A stretch of DNA of 64,000 nt from Hydrolagus affinis. Its lineage: Eukaryota. Within the stretch, counting starts at the first letter, position 1. Each line of letters starts with the position of its first letter. A model generated the notes under the pieces. It saw only the letters and a list, made by a program, of their open reading frames with translations. It made no database searches and was not told the origin of the DNA. This document shows, in pieces, positions 24,780-38,139 of the stretch. The DNA is taken from NCBI GenBank assembly GCA_012026655.1, contig JAAILG010000242.1, positions 1 through 64,000 on the forward strand, read 5' to 3'. Made by a program: the position numbers and the translations under genes.

Positions 24780-25151
24780 GGAGTCCTGCAGCTAGTGGTT
24801 AGTGCACTCGCCGCACTAGCAAGAGGATCCGGGTTCAATTCCTGGTGGGCGAAAAGTTGGGCAAGTTTCCTTACTCCACATGCCTCTGTTTACCTAGTAG
24901 TAAGTAGGAACCTGCTTGTTAGTCGATAGGCAGATCACTTTTCCGGGGGTGATAATACCTCCAAATTTTTTAAAAAAAGTAATTATTATTAGGTCACTCA
25001 ATCCACGGCTGTTTGAGGGGCACTGCTGTGGCTGCTGTGTTTAGCCCACAAAAAATTACAGTCAATTCATTCTATATTATATTCTGTGAATCACTTTGAG
25101 ACATCTTGAACATATGATAAGGTGCTATACCAAATTCATTATTATTATTAT
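24780..25151 (+). mobile_element. Full-length tRNA SINE, long variant (tRNA + CORE-like + Deu 3' part + L2 tail)
   Basis: tRNA head, then TTGGGCAAGTTTCCTTACTCCACATGCCTCTGTTTACCTAGTAGTAAGTAGG, Deu-like block and (ATT)n. Confidence 0.85.
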
Positions 25152-25525
25152 GATCAATACTGTTGAGAAAATTGAAAATTAAACACTGCTCTGTGGAACA
25201 CTTCTGGGATCCTGAACCCAATGCCTTCACTTAATCGAATCACTTTATGCATTCTTGTAAATCCTAAACCATAGAACAAATGCTATCCCAAATCATTTGC
25301 TACAAGCAATCTTCCCACTCAGCTCCTGTTAGGCCTGCAAGGCAAAGCCATAAAGGGCGGGATTATCCTACTTTATCAAGCAGCAGGAAAGTTTACCATG
25401 CAGTGCTATTGATACCAAGCTTTACGGTTTAAACTGATTGGACTACTCCACACTCTGGGGTCCCCAAGCTTTGGTTCTTGTCAACCTGCATCTAATTCTT
25501 TCTGGAATTAGGTAAGCAGGATTTG

Positions 25526-25564
25526 TCTCTCTCTCTCTCTCTCTCTAGAGAGAGAGAGAGGGAG
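25526..25564. repeat. (CT)10 directly abutting (AG)7: palindromic microsatellite
   Basis: Read directly; the centre is TA at 25546-25547. Confidence 0.9.
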
Positions 25565-27003
25565 CGTACATTCCATTCCAATGAATATCCATGAAATTTC
25601 CATGTATGAGTGGGATATTTGGTTTGGATACTTTTAAGCTTGGTGATGGGTTTCTGCATGGATCAGAAATCCAACTGATTAAAACAAATCTCTTCTTTCC
25701 TTGGTTACATTAAATAAATCCTAATTTCAGAATTTAATTAACAATGATTTAATTTTCAGTGGTTAATTCCAATCTTCAGATTGCTTATTCATGCAAAAAA
25801 AAAATCAATTTTATGATCTATGTATGTTCTTTTGCCCCGTATATTGTGTAATGTTCTGTTTCTTTCTCTCGCAGAGCAATCATGTCTTTCATCTCATTCA
25901 GCATCATTGCCTTACAAACTTTCAATCAACAGATGAACAGCATATGCAGCTCTTGAGAGTAAGATACCCATGTGTGCACCATTCCTATTCAGACATGATG
26001 TGACAGCTGTGATTTGGCGCATGATCAGTAAAAAGATCTGCTATGGATTCCAGACTTCATAATCCATTCTTTTGGCAACTCATAGGTAGAGCTCCTTTTG
26101 ATTTGCAATGTAAAGATATTGCAAACCTTTGATGCAAAGAACTATGGAGGAAAATTGTTTAAATTAATCCCTGCTTGTCAGTGAAGCAATTTGCTTTGAT
26201 ATCTAACTAAACAAGTTCCTTGTTAATCCAGCACAGTTGGTGGCCAAACTGTTAATATTTGGACCACTAACAATCTGCCGAAACATTTTGTTCAAGGAAT
26301 ACCGTGCACAATTTTCTTTAATGGTGACATACAGCCCAGATGTAAGTCGAAAAGGCACTGATTCACGAAGCCTGAAAAAACAATGGATAAATTGCTTCTA
26401 TGCAAAAGTCCTCCCCTTTCATTGTTTAGGAAAAAAGGACTTTTGTATCCGACTGTAAACCTCTTACTGTCATTATTTTTAAAAACCTTGTTTGAATCAT
26501 TCATTAGTCATGAAGTGCACAGAGCACTATATCCAGTTACTACAAAATTATTATTAAAGGGCCCAGCAATAAACTAAATAAGTTACAATTATAGTTATCC
26601 ATACTCAATGTTTTTATTTTGGTTAGTCAGGTGGCTAACATATTCAGATGCTCATTGCCATGCTTAAGAGTATCCAAACCAAACTGAGAGTTTTAGATAT
26701 GCATGCCACCTATGCGTGGAAATTGTGTACCTAAACGAAAAGCAGTGCTATGAGGTATCAAAAATAGTAACACTTTTCTATCAATGCAACATAAGATGAA
26801 GCTTGCATACTATTATGAAGGTCTGGTTAGGCACTTTCAAAAGAGTTAGCAATTCCTATGATAATCCAGAATAAAAGCTTTCTTCAGGCATGTAGTATAG
26901 CTGAATAGGTTTTACTTGACAACAGGCTACATTGAGAAGAAGTGTTCAATGACAATGGGTCTTTTGTCATCAGGATTTCGATGCTTGGATGATAATATAA
27001 TAC

Positions 27004-27120
27004 TAATAATTCTTGCATTTTGGGACGTCCTCCCGACATGAAAGGCTCTATACAAATGTAATTTTGTTGTTGTTGTTGCATTTGATACAACGCCTTATCA
27101 CGTCGTTGAGAATATACTGT
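27004..27120. mobile_element. Tail-only L2 (+, 27021-27075) inserted in a SINE tail (-) with 8-bp TSD
   Basis: TTGCATTT at 27013-27020 and 27076-27083. Confidence 0.8.
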
Positions 27121-27974
27121 AGATTCAAAGTTAGATTCCAAGCACATCCCTGACCTACTTTTTGTATAGCCATGGCTTATGCAAATAGAAATTCTACAGG
27201 AGCAGTGACAGCAGAATGTTACAGCACAGAGAACAATATAAACTAGTGTTTTGGGCTGCTGTGATTCAATACATAATCCTCAGATATTGATAGTTGTATG
27301 CATCAGTTGGTTCTGCTTTATAAATCCCTGAGCATAGATTTTTACACAGCATGACGTGTTATAGCTTACAGAAACAAAAGTACTTTGAGCCAAAAGTCCA
27401 GAGCTCAGACAGTCAAATTCTGAATGAAAAGAAACATAGCAGAAATGTGGACTTTAACGTATCTGTTGTTGGACAGTGCTGCTTTTCCGATTAGCTTCCC
27501 TCTATCAGATATATGAGTAATGAGTCTTGACATATAAACCTTACAACAAAAATGATTTGTGCTGGAACTGGACCTGAGCTTCACATATATTCCTTCTCTC
27601 TGTCTTCATGCTATCCAAAGAGTTCATGTCTTTGATGCACTCTCTCAACCACTGTCACTGCAGACCGTATTACTGCCATAGAAATGACTGGAACAGGATA
27701 TTTTCAATCGAGCGACTTTGGAAAAGTTTATAGCATCCTTCATGCGTTTGAACTCCAATGTAAACTTTCATACCTTTACATAGCAAAGGTAGTCTTCAGA
27801 AAAATGAGAATGTCTTACCATTGATAAAATCACCAGACAAAATAAGCTGCAGGAACCATCTGAATGTCACACTGATTCACAAGCCTCACGTTGGCTCCAT
27901 TCGGAGATGATCTTAGAGCTGAGGTCTTGTGAGGCATATTGATACACAAGGGGTTTTCATTTTAGGATTTCACC

Positions 27975-28421
27975 TGGCTCAGTTGGTTCCACTCTTGCCT
28001 CTGAGTCATAGATTGTGTGGTCAAGACCTATGCCAGGATTATGAGTTCATAGTCAAGGCTGACACTCCAATGCAGTGTTGAGGAAATGCCTGATTGTCAG
28101 ATGTGCCGCCTTTCAGATGAGATGTTAAACTTCGGTCCCATCTGCCGGTTCAAGAGGATGTTAAAGATCCCATGGCACTTTCCATTTTTATGAAAAGAGA
28201 AGAGTTTCTCCCTCTGTTCTGGTCACCAATCCCCCAGATAAACCAGTCATTCACTCCATGGATCTTTGTGGGATGTTCCTGTGTGCAAATTGATTAAATC
28301 TGTTACTGTGTGTACAGTTGCCTAAAAAATACACACTCATTTTATGTTAAATCCTGTGAAGCACTGTAAGATATATTCCGAAATGAAAGGCACAATATCA
28401 ATTGCGGGAATTATTATTATT
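27975..28421 (+). mobile_element. Full-length old DeuSINE (SacSINE1/AmnSINE1-like body)
   Basis: tRNA head, then GTGCCGCCTTTCAGATGAGATGTTAAAC...AAAGATCCCATGGCACT (Deu domain), GTGGGATGTTCCTGTGTGCAAATTG and L2-type tail. Confidence 0.85.
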
Positions 28422-29449
28422 ACATTCCTGGTTTGAAGCAGCATTAATGGTTTTATAAGGTTAGCATCTTTTCAATTCCATTATATATCACACCATCTTA
28501 TTTCCTAAAGCTAAAATCCATATTTTTTTTTACCACACAGCCTAGTTTCAGACAAGTCTGCTTATTACTTTCCTTCATTAATAGGAACTCTTTATACTAC
28601 TGATTTTATTCCATGCATTTCAAGTCATAAAATTGTGCTTCACACATCCAGGCTTCCCATATTTCAGGTATCCATCATTTCAGTATCTACATGTAATAGC
28701 GGTCTTGTGTTTATAAACCATGATTCCAGATATTCCTCCTCTTTTTCCTCTATGCTTCTGTCAGCACCAGCTGCATTAATGGTATCATCATCCCTTTCTA
28801 TATGCATTAGTGCCCATCCTGTGGCTTTCCTAGCCCTGGTTCAATCTTATCATTCAGAGTGGTACCTGAATAAAAATTTAATTACACGAATTCAGACCTT
28901 GGACCAAAACGTGCTCTAATGATCAATCTTCACTTTTAATAAGGTGTCACACTGGAAATGCACACACTTCCTTATCTTCAAACAATTCTGGTAAGATTGT
29001 CCAACACTATTTTCTAACATTTATCATATTGCAACATATTGCACACTGGTTTAACCCTAATACTTCCCCCTTGAGGTATAATGTTCAAAAGAAAATAGAC
29101 CCCCTTGTGGACTGGAACCCAATTTTCTACTATTTCCCATCTTTTGGTTCAGAGGAATGCTGTTTCCATTACCTCAGTGAGAACAAAAAGATGCAACTCA
29201 CGGCAAGGCAGCTGTTTATCGTATAATAATAACAATCTGTGAATTTGATATAGGGTCTTATCACGTAATCGAGTTGTCTCAAAACGCTTCATAGGCCATA
29301 AGAAACCCACAACCTCCTGACTCAGAGGCAAGAATGCTACCCTGCACCAGAAGTAAATACACATCTGATACACCCACTAAATAAAACGTGCTCATAATCT
29401 GAATAAGATGAATTCATATCACTAAACAAGTTGCCTCATATAGTTGAGA

Positions 29450-30324
29450 CAGTTTCTTCATGCCTGCCTGTCAGACATCAGGAGCTGGATGAGTGTAAAT
29501 TTCTTGCAGCTGAATGTTGACAAGATGGAGGCCATACTCTTTAGCTCTCGTCAACGTCTCCATTCGCTCTCACCTCCTCCACCTTCCCGGTCTGCCCCTA
29601 AAACTCTCGAACCTGTGCACAACCTTGCGTCAGGTTCGACCCCTACTGTCCTTCCTCCTTCACATCCGGTCCCTCACCAGCACCGCCTTTTTCCACCCCT
29701 GACGGATCGCCCGACTCTGGCAATACCACACCCCCAAAGCCCCTGAAACCCTAGTCCACGCCATTGTCACCTCTCGGCTGGACTATTCAAATGCCCTCCT
29801 CACCGGTCTTGGCTACTCCACAATCCACAGAGTCCAGCTCATTCAGAACTCTGCCACTCGCGTTCTCACCCACACCAAACTTCGCTCCCTCATTACCCCA
29901 GTCCTTTCCTGACTTCACTGGCTCCCTATCCCAGACTTCAAGATCCTCACCCTTGTCTTCAAATCCCTCCACTTCTCTGCACCCCACTACCTCTCTGACC
30001 TCCTCTCTCCTCAAACCAGCACCCATTGCTTTTGCTCCACTGGGTCTGGCCTCCTCTATGTCCCCCGAATCCTCCGCTCCTCCCTCAGCAGCCATGCCTT
30101 CAGCCACTATGCCCCGAGGCTCTGGAATTCTCTTCCTCACTACCTTCGCCTTGCTCCCTCTCTTCTCAGCTTTGGGTCCCAGCTGAAGACCTTACTCTTC
30201 GACTGCGCCTTTGGTCACCTTCCTCCCCCTGCTCCTGGCTCAGTCCTGGGATCCGCTATTGTGAAGCGGCTCTGAGACGCCATGTGGTGTGGAGGGCGCA
30301 TATAAATCAAAGTTGTTGTTGTTG
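29450..30324 (+). mobile_element. L2 3' fragment (tail type B)
   Basis: CLSDIRSWMSVNFLQLNVDKMEAIL remnant; tail GGGATCCGCTATTGTGAAGCGG...ATAAATCAAAGTTGTTG. Confidence 0.9.
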
Positions 30325-30954
30325 GTTTATTTCATGGTATACAAGGCAAATGGCCTCAAGACTATTGAAGGCTAATACTAATTTGTAACCTTTCACAAAC
30401 CACTCTTTTAGATGATTGAGACTCACTTCCCTATTACTGAAAGACCAGGGTCTAACATTGTCTTGGTTTGGGTTAAAATAAGATGTTTCAATGCAATCAT
30501 TGGATGCTGCCTTGATGTCCAACAAAACCAAGATTAAATAGTTCAGTTGTCAAAGAACTAAATGGATACAGACTGACTTGGCCAGACAGATTATATCCTG
30601 GAATCCTCAAGGGAATTTATGATAAATCATTGTGATTGCTCCCTGAATGCAAGACTTATACTTGAACACTGCAGAATTGCTCATGTAATTTCAACATTCA
30701 GAAAAGGAAGTGAAATAAAGAGCAGTTATTGCAGCATCAATAGGAATAGGTAGTAAGTAGGGCATAATAAAGGCTAGAAAAATCTATTTATCCAGTATTG
30801 AGACCATAATCAGTTTAGAACCAACTTCAGTTCTTTCAGAAAATAAAACAATTATGGGTTGAGAAAAATTTAAAGGTTGGAATTAATAGGTATACGTAGA
30901 TTTTCAGGAAGCATTTGGTGATGTTCCATAAGTTTTATCCATGACAATATAAGG

Positions 30955-31440
30955 GCACAAAGCTCAGTGGAGGGAGCTCCCACCTTGCAAGCTAGAGACC
31001 CGACTTGATTAGAAAAAAATAATAATAAAATAGTCACTTAAATCCACAACTGTTTGTGGGACATTGCTGTGAGCAATTGGCTACCCCATTTCGCCCATAA
31101 ATATACAACAAGAACAACAGCTTTGATTTATAAAGTGCACTCCACGCCGGTTGGCGTCTCAGAGCGCTTCACAATAACGGATCCCGGGACTGAGCCAGGG
31201 GGAAGGGGAAAAAGGTGACCGAAGGCACAGTCGAAAACAAAGGTCTTCAGCTGAGCCCTGAAACTAGGAAGAGAGGGGACGAGGCGAAGGGAGTGTGGAA
31301 GGGTGTTCCAGAGTTTGAAAGCATCAATACTTCCTGCTTCAAACGTTTCCCTAGGGAGCCTGTTCCATAAGTTCACTATTCGCTTACTGAAATAGTCTGT
31401 GCGTGGATTTGTTCTAAATTTATCCCCACTGAATTTACCA
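30955..31440. mobile_element. SINE fragment (+), L2 type B tail (-, about 31105-31318) and CR1 fragment (-)
   Basis: The SINE is broken at AAATATACA by (AAC)n of an antisense L2. The minus-strand remnant NLWNRLPRETFEAGSIDAFK is CR1-like. Confidence 0.75.
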
Positions 31441-32019
31441 ACACTGATGGAAATATATCATTGCATAATCCCAAACCAAGAGTAAAAGAAGCAAAGATGA
31501 GCCAAACATTTTACATTTTATCTTAACTGAACGGTCCAACTCTACACACCTGCAGATTTGGATAATGATAATTATGCGATGGTATACTTCCATTAATGTT
31601 CTAAAACATTACCATTCTCCAAATTGCTCTCGGTTTGGGATTACGTGATGATATACTTCCATCAATCAAACCCAAAGTATTTTCTGGCAAGTCAGAGAGA
31701 AATTATAAAGACGCCAAATATTAGTAAATCTCTCTCGGCAGTCAAAGACCAACATATTTCCATGTGGTACACTCCTTAATCTTTGTTCAGTATCTGGCTC
31801 ACATGCTACCAATTTGCTACACACTGGAACAAAAAAAAATCGCATTGAATTGTTAACCATTGCATTTTCAGCCGAGGGACTAGTGTGAAATCTGTCGACA
31901 TTTGTAGAGAGATTACATTTATGGACCATATGGTATATTCTCAATCCACATTTTATCTTCTTACGCTACATGGGTAGAGATAGCTGCATTCATAAAAGTG
32001 AAGAGTACTCAGGCATATA

Positions 32020-32237
32020 CAGTAAAAGCCTGTTTATCTGGCACCCTTGGGACCTGGCCAATGTCAGTTAAAACGCATGCTGGATATTCGGCAGAAAACA
32101 CACAAAAAAAAATTCCCCCCAAAAATGCATTTTTCCAGATAAATTCCGGTTAATCGAATGCGGATCTTTTTTTTTTCGAGATGCCGGTTATATGGAAGTT
32201 ACAGTTGATTTGGCCATGGATAAATGGGCTTTTACTG
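32020..32237. mobile_element. Tigger/pogo-type (Tc1/mariner) MITE, 218 bp
   Basis: TIRs CAGTAAAAGCC...GGCTTTTACTG (about 21 bp imperfect) with TA on both sides. Confidence 0.9.
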
Positions 32238-32819
32238 TATATATATTGGGGAGCTAACTTGGTCCACTTCTGAACTGTGTGCACTGTGGGAGAGGGATGC
32301 CAGCCTTTGGTTATGGGTTCTAATGGAAGTGGGCTCCAATTGATTCTAATGTCACAGCTCGATCCTTATTTGAACCTCAATTGGATCATCGGAGCACTTT
32401 CATTTATCTTAATCTGGTGACTTTATTTGGTACTGAAATGTCCTTGGTATGGAAGATATAACTTCTTGAGCAGAAACAAATGTTAAAATTGTACGTTTGA
32501 AACCAAATTCTCCCAAACTGATGGGCAGCTTTTTTAGGTTATATAGCAATGTCATTTCAAAAATATGCCATCTAATTAGAGGGCTGATTTGAAGCACTTT
32601 AACTGGATCCAGATCCTGTTATCTGATACACAGCAAATTTCTAAAGCTGAGCCAAGATGCACTGTGTACTGGGGTTAAAGAGGAAGACCACACCAACATG
32701 CTATTGGTGTTTTATGAGTTGTGTGTAACTATTGAGGAGTAGAATGCCACGTTGCTCGATCTTCTTGTGGAACTCTAAATAGACAATTGCTACCATTGAG
32801 CAATATTTTTGGGGTCAAC

Positions 32820-33355
32820 TGGGTGTTTGATGCTGAAACTCATTGCTATACAGTACTTAGCAATATTCAAACCATTAAATTACATGGAGGGGAGTAGCAA
32901 ATATAAGGATAGCTCCATGATAGCTCCATGTGTTAAAAGGGAAAAAGCTTTTTGCTGTCAATTCACTGTCCAGGGACACTGATCATAACTGAAACTCCAT
33001 ATCAATTCATTTGGAAATGAGGAGCTATCCATGTGTGTACAAATTGCTTTCCCAGACAAGTCATCAGATCTTAAGGTCACAAGAGAGGTCTGGAAGAAGA
33101 AAGCAATGGGGTGCAATTGTGATTGAGTCAAACGTGTTAAAAGTGGAGCTTGAGCAGCAAGAAATTGGCGCATAAATGGAAGATGGCAGCACAGTGGAGG
33201 AGGGGGCTTCCGAAGTGCATTGGGAAATGGATAATTCATAGAGAAAATAGATAGTTAATTGTATAAGCAACTGTATCAGTATGGGTGGAGGCAACAAGTG
33301 AGTTCCTTGGGGATCAGACTAGGAGAGATACTGTTAACATTGTATCTAAATTAAC
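32820..33355 (+). mobile_element. Highly degenerate CR1 RT fragment
   Basis: Traces resembling D..KAF, W..V.SGVPxGS.LG..L motifs near 33100-33345. Confidence 0.4.
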
Positions 33356-35576
33356 TGGTACCCCAGGAAAAATCACCATTGACCATATCACATACAATAT
33401 TCACCATTCTGTGTATTAAGTAATTACATCTGAGATATCTCTGGTCATTTTCTCTCTTCTGAATTTGATGAATTACTCATTTTTTTAAGCATAAGAATTG
33501 TTGAAGGAAGCAATTTATGGATATGAGAGATAATTGATTATTTATTTATTTTAATCTGGGAGAGTCAGATGGAACCCAATGATTTTTTCCCTACGTTTCC
33601 ACATTCCTATATAACAAATTCCTTAAAACTGTTGGTCAGTAATTGAACATTCTTATACACATTTTGGAAATTTAGATAATTGAGTGTTACGTTGAAGTGA
33701 GAGCAGCCAGAACCAAGATTTAAAAAGAAGATTTTAAAAAGTCCTGAATTATGGGACTTGCTGTTAAGGCTTATAATTATCCTTCCATTTGATATAGCAC
33801 CTTATCATGACGTTGAGAATTTCAAAGCTGTTCACAGTATATTTGCTGGTATGAGCGCTGATTATTATCACCAAGAACAACCTGTGTTTGTATAAAACTT
33901 TTCCTGCAGGTTTGAATCTCAGATAATTAACATGTATTTTTTATGGGGGTAAGAATTGTAAAATTAAATTAAATTAATTCCTTAAGTAGAAAATAGATTT
34001 ACTTCAATTTTGACCCAATGATTCTATGGTTCACAGAATTTCAGTCAATTTAAGTACTTCCGCTGAATCTCCAGAGCTGATACCCAGGGGAAATCACCAC
34101 CAAACATTTCTACAACAAACTGTTTGAGCTGGACTAAATGTGATGCATTGTTTATGTAGGGTTTTTAGTTAGTTGATGTGTTTAACAAGTATGATATGCA
34201 GGGTTGAAGAAAAAGCATAAAGCACTTTGGATAAAGTTCATCAGCAGCAATTGGATGTCAGATTCAATTGCACACTAAGGAATCCTTAAATTAGCTGGGC
34301 AGGTTCAACAAATGAAGGGCTTTATTTTTTTTGCAAGCGAATGTAAATCCAAAGAGAGTTAACTTGCTTTGTGGAGAATAAAATTAAAATTCACTCTGGC
34401 ATCAGATGGGTTTATAGTAAATTGAGGAATACTGCTTATAGGGAAACCACCATGTTATAATACTGTTTTTTATATCCAGTGGGAGTACTTTGAAAAAAAA
34501 GCTCCATCCAGACTATTTATCCTTGATTTGAAAAAGTATAGATTTTTCTATTACTTTTCCTTTGTGTTCATAGCGATGTACTGTACTACAATATGAGTCG
34601 AATTAACAGTGCCCATTTCCTGTCTAATATAGTATTAACCCAAGTAATTGAGTGAGATGGCGAAGGAGTTCAGATCATAAGTGGGAAGAGAATAAATAAG
34701 TACATAAGGCACTTTCACAGATTTCTGCAAGCTGTCTACAAAACAACAATCATGTCTTTTACCTCAGACAATCGCTGATGTGACTAAGAGATCAACTATA
34801 GAGTTCTTCAGAAACAGTCACAAATTTATAAATTCCACAATTAGTTATAATTCTTAACTCCAAACATCTGCTTAACGTTATACTGGCCTATTCGAAAAAG
34901 AATATAAGTCACAAAATACAACCTAATTTTGGCAATGAGAAAGATCCGAATGGATGTTTAGATGGCTAGAGTGGCTTTAGTGGAGCTAAACTAAACACTA
35001 CATTCTAAATTTTTTTTTAAAACTAATCATAATATTTGTTGACCTTGGGAAGGGGTAAGAGGTTTGGAGTAGGACATTCCTGAAGTTTCTCAAATTTCGC
35101 AAACACAAATTCTAGAGGAGCTCCTTTAGAATATCTGAGAAGGCATATGGGTGAAATGAATATTTAACTCTCAGTCACGTAGCAAGCTGAGTTGCTATTC
35201 TGCAGCAATGAACAACAAGCTGCGATCATGATCTGTTTTATGCAATCTATTCACTGAATCTTTAATATGTGCCTGGCCCTCATAAATAAATAATCTAATT
35301 TAAAGTTACAGGATGAAAATGGCAATCTGCAATGTGTTAACAAATTGTTGGAAAACGTTGTTGGTTGATAACTAAAGACTCTGTTGGTACTGGGAAAATA
35401 ATATGGGACTAATTTATGAAGTACGGTGCTAAACATTGATCAATTTTGTTCAAAAAAATAGCACAGACAGCCTGCAACTATGCAGCGATTTATCCAGCCA
35501 CCAGACCATGGAAAACGAAGGCCAAGCACTCACTACATGTCTGGAAATAATGGAAAAAAACAACTACAGTGGTAGT

Positions 35577-35795
35577 ACAACAACAATAACTTCGAATTAT
35601 GTAGTGCTCTCCATGCCAGATGGCGTCTCAGAGTGCTTCACAATTACGGATCCCGGGCCGGAGCCAGGGGAAGGGGGAAAAAGGTGACCAAAGGCGTGGT
35701 CGAAAAGAAAGGTCTTCAGCTGAGTCCTGAAACTAGGAAGAGAGGGGGCGAGCAAAGGGGGTTAGGAAGGGAGTTCCAAAGTTTTGGGGCGTAGT
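35577..35795 (-). mobile_element. L2 type B 3' end
   Basis: Highly similar to 31105-31318. Confidence 0.85.
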
Positions 35796-36821
35796 AAAGA
35801 ACTTACGATGATTAACTGGTGACAAAAATGTCCCAACTATTTCTAGAAGTAACATGTACTGAAAGCAAAGAACACCTCTGTACATTTACTGTGAGCATCC
35901 CCAGTAGAGTGCAATGAAGCCTGGAAAAGCACTCAGGAAAACAAGATAGCATAAATAGCACTTCACCTTGGAAAAACTGACTCACTACATAATGTGCGTT
36001 TCCTTCAGGGAATGTCATGCACATCACCTGGACCTACAAGCACTAAATTCTTGTTCAAGGCTGAGTGAATCACTGTGATGTATCTGGGGTTCCCTGGAGA
36101 CTGTGCACTTTACCTCCCGAAAGGCTTTTCAAATTGTGAGGCACTTCTTTCATTGTTTCCCCAGAAAAGTGTTTCTCAGGTGCGTTTATCCTGCAAGATG
36201 TGTAAACACATGTGTACAGACACAATCCCAGATGAAACTTCTGGAATTTACACATGGTCTGCATAACTCATATAGTCAAATCACCTTCATATAGAACAGT
36301 ACAAATATTTAATAGGGACTGTAACCTTAAAAGTAATGGCAGTTCAGCACTAGAAATATTTTACCTCCAATGCATAACCATCTGTAGTGAATTACTATTT
36401 AGTTCCCACAAGACACCATTACAGCTGCTCGGTTTTTGCAAAGTAATTATAGATGTCTTATCCCCAGTCAGTCCATTTATAGACAGGAACAATCTTCAAC
36501 AGAAGTGGTGCAGCTTGTCTTCTTTTCCCGTGAGCCTTTCAACATTGAATTTAACTTCTTGCAAAGTAAGTGCACTTAGCTGACAGTACGGCTAACGATG
36601 AATGGTTTGTTAGCCACAACAGTATTGCCAGAAAAAGGAAATCACTGACCTGCTCCATTCAGAAAACGGCACTTGCATATAAGTTAAACTGCATGTTTTT
36701 TTTTAAATCCTTTAGTATTCACCACATGTCTTTCTGCAAAAAAGGTTACGTTTTTATTCTCTCTGTACTTCATACTACCAAAGGGTACCTCGACTTAGTG
36801 ACTGTTACTTTACGTCACATA

Positions 36822-37128
36822 TAGCTCAGTGGTTAGAGCACTCGCCTTACAAGTGTGAGACCTGTGTTCAAATCCAGGCAGATCAGGGTGAAACCTTGTG
36901 CAAATTTCCTTACTCCACTTGCCTAATAATAATCTATCACCCAAAAAACCTCTAATAAATTGGTCACTCAATCTATGACTGTTTGTAGAACACTGCTGTA
37001 CGCAATTGGCTGCCGCGTTTCGCCCACATATATACAGTCAATTTACTTTACAGTATATTCTGCCAAGCACTTTGAGATGTCTAGAAGATGTGAAAAGTGC
37101 TACATCAAATGCAAGGATTATTATTATT
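36822..37128 (+). mobile_element. Full-length young tRNA SINE
   Basis: A and B boxes, Deu-like block and tail. Confidence 0.9.
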
Positions 37129-37679
37129 GTAATATATATGTTGGCCGTTTACTCAACAGTGGAAGGCATCACAGGATGAGCGTAAATCTGTCCTCTCTCA
37201 GTGTCCATAATATACACGTCTTCTAATGGAAGTCACTGGATAACCATAAGGGGCACAACCTTGCCTCTTTTATTATCTTTTCAAATGAGGTGCATTCACA
37301 ACAGCCTGATTGAAACCTAATAAAAGTTAGCTTACTCAGTGTAGGAACTGTACCTGTGACCTTCCAAGTGTGTGGGCCAGATATTTTCTTTTTCAATGAG
37401 CCATTGAAGAAGCTTAACACCACTCTGCTTAATAATCCTAATGATCCTTGTATTTGATATACACAATAATATTCTAACATACAAGATTTCTCAAAGTACA
37501 TCATTGGTAATGGTGTCAAGTGCACTGACTATTTATTAATGTTGCAGCAAATGTGTGTGTAGCAGGCCCAACAAACAACCTTGGAGCGAATTACCAATTT
37601 TATTTGTGGAGAATGTTGGCCAGACACCTAGAGAAACTGCCTGTATTCCTGGTTCCTGGCCTCTACACACCGAGTTAGA

Positions 37680-37890
37680 GTTACACAGGTACTCATTGCC
37701 CTTTGATACCTCATCCAAAGAGGCCATTATTTATGCGTGAGCCCTGACAGTGAGTGTTGTGAGACCTCTTGACTGCAGAGGACATCACTGCCTCACTTCA
37801 CTTCTCCTCAACCGGCAACCGCACACGTGCACTACCAGTAAAGAACTTCTAAAACAATTAGGAGATGTGGAACCAGAGCAATATGCAACC
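37680..37890 (-). mobile_element. Old SINE family X, 3' part
   Basis: GGCCATTATTTATGCGTGAGCCCTGACAGTGAGTGT is similar to 49000-49100 and 63600-63680. Confidence 0.5.
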
Positions 37891-38139
37891 TGCTAATTAG
37901 GTAGTTCAACTAAGCTGCTTAGCTTTAGAAATCATTTCACGGAGAGTGTGCACAGAATGCTGGAGAACCAAAATGCCAGCAGAACTGGGAATATTTGTTT
38001 TATGATATCATGAGGTTAGGGAGTGCCTTTAAGCTCATAGATCACTACCTTTGATTGTATATAAAAGGAAGAAGTGAGGAAACTTAGGAATTCCATAGAT
38101 TAAAGGCCCTTGGAATGAAAGAGATGGAGTACATTACAA

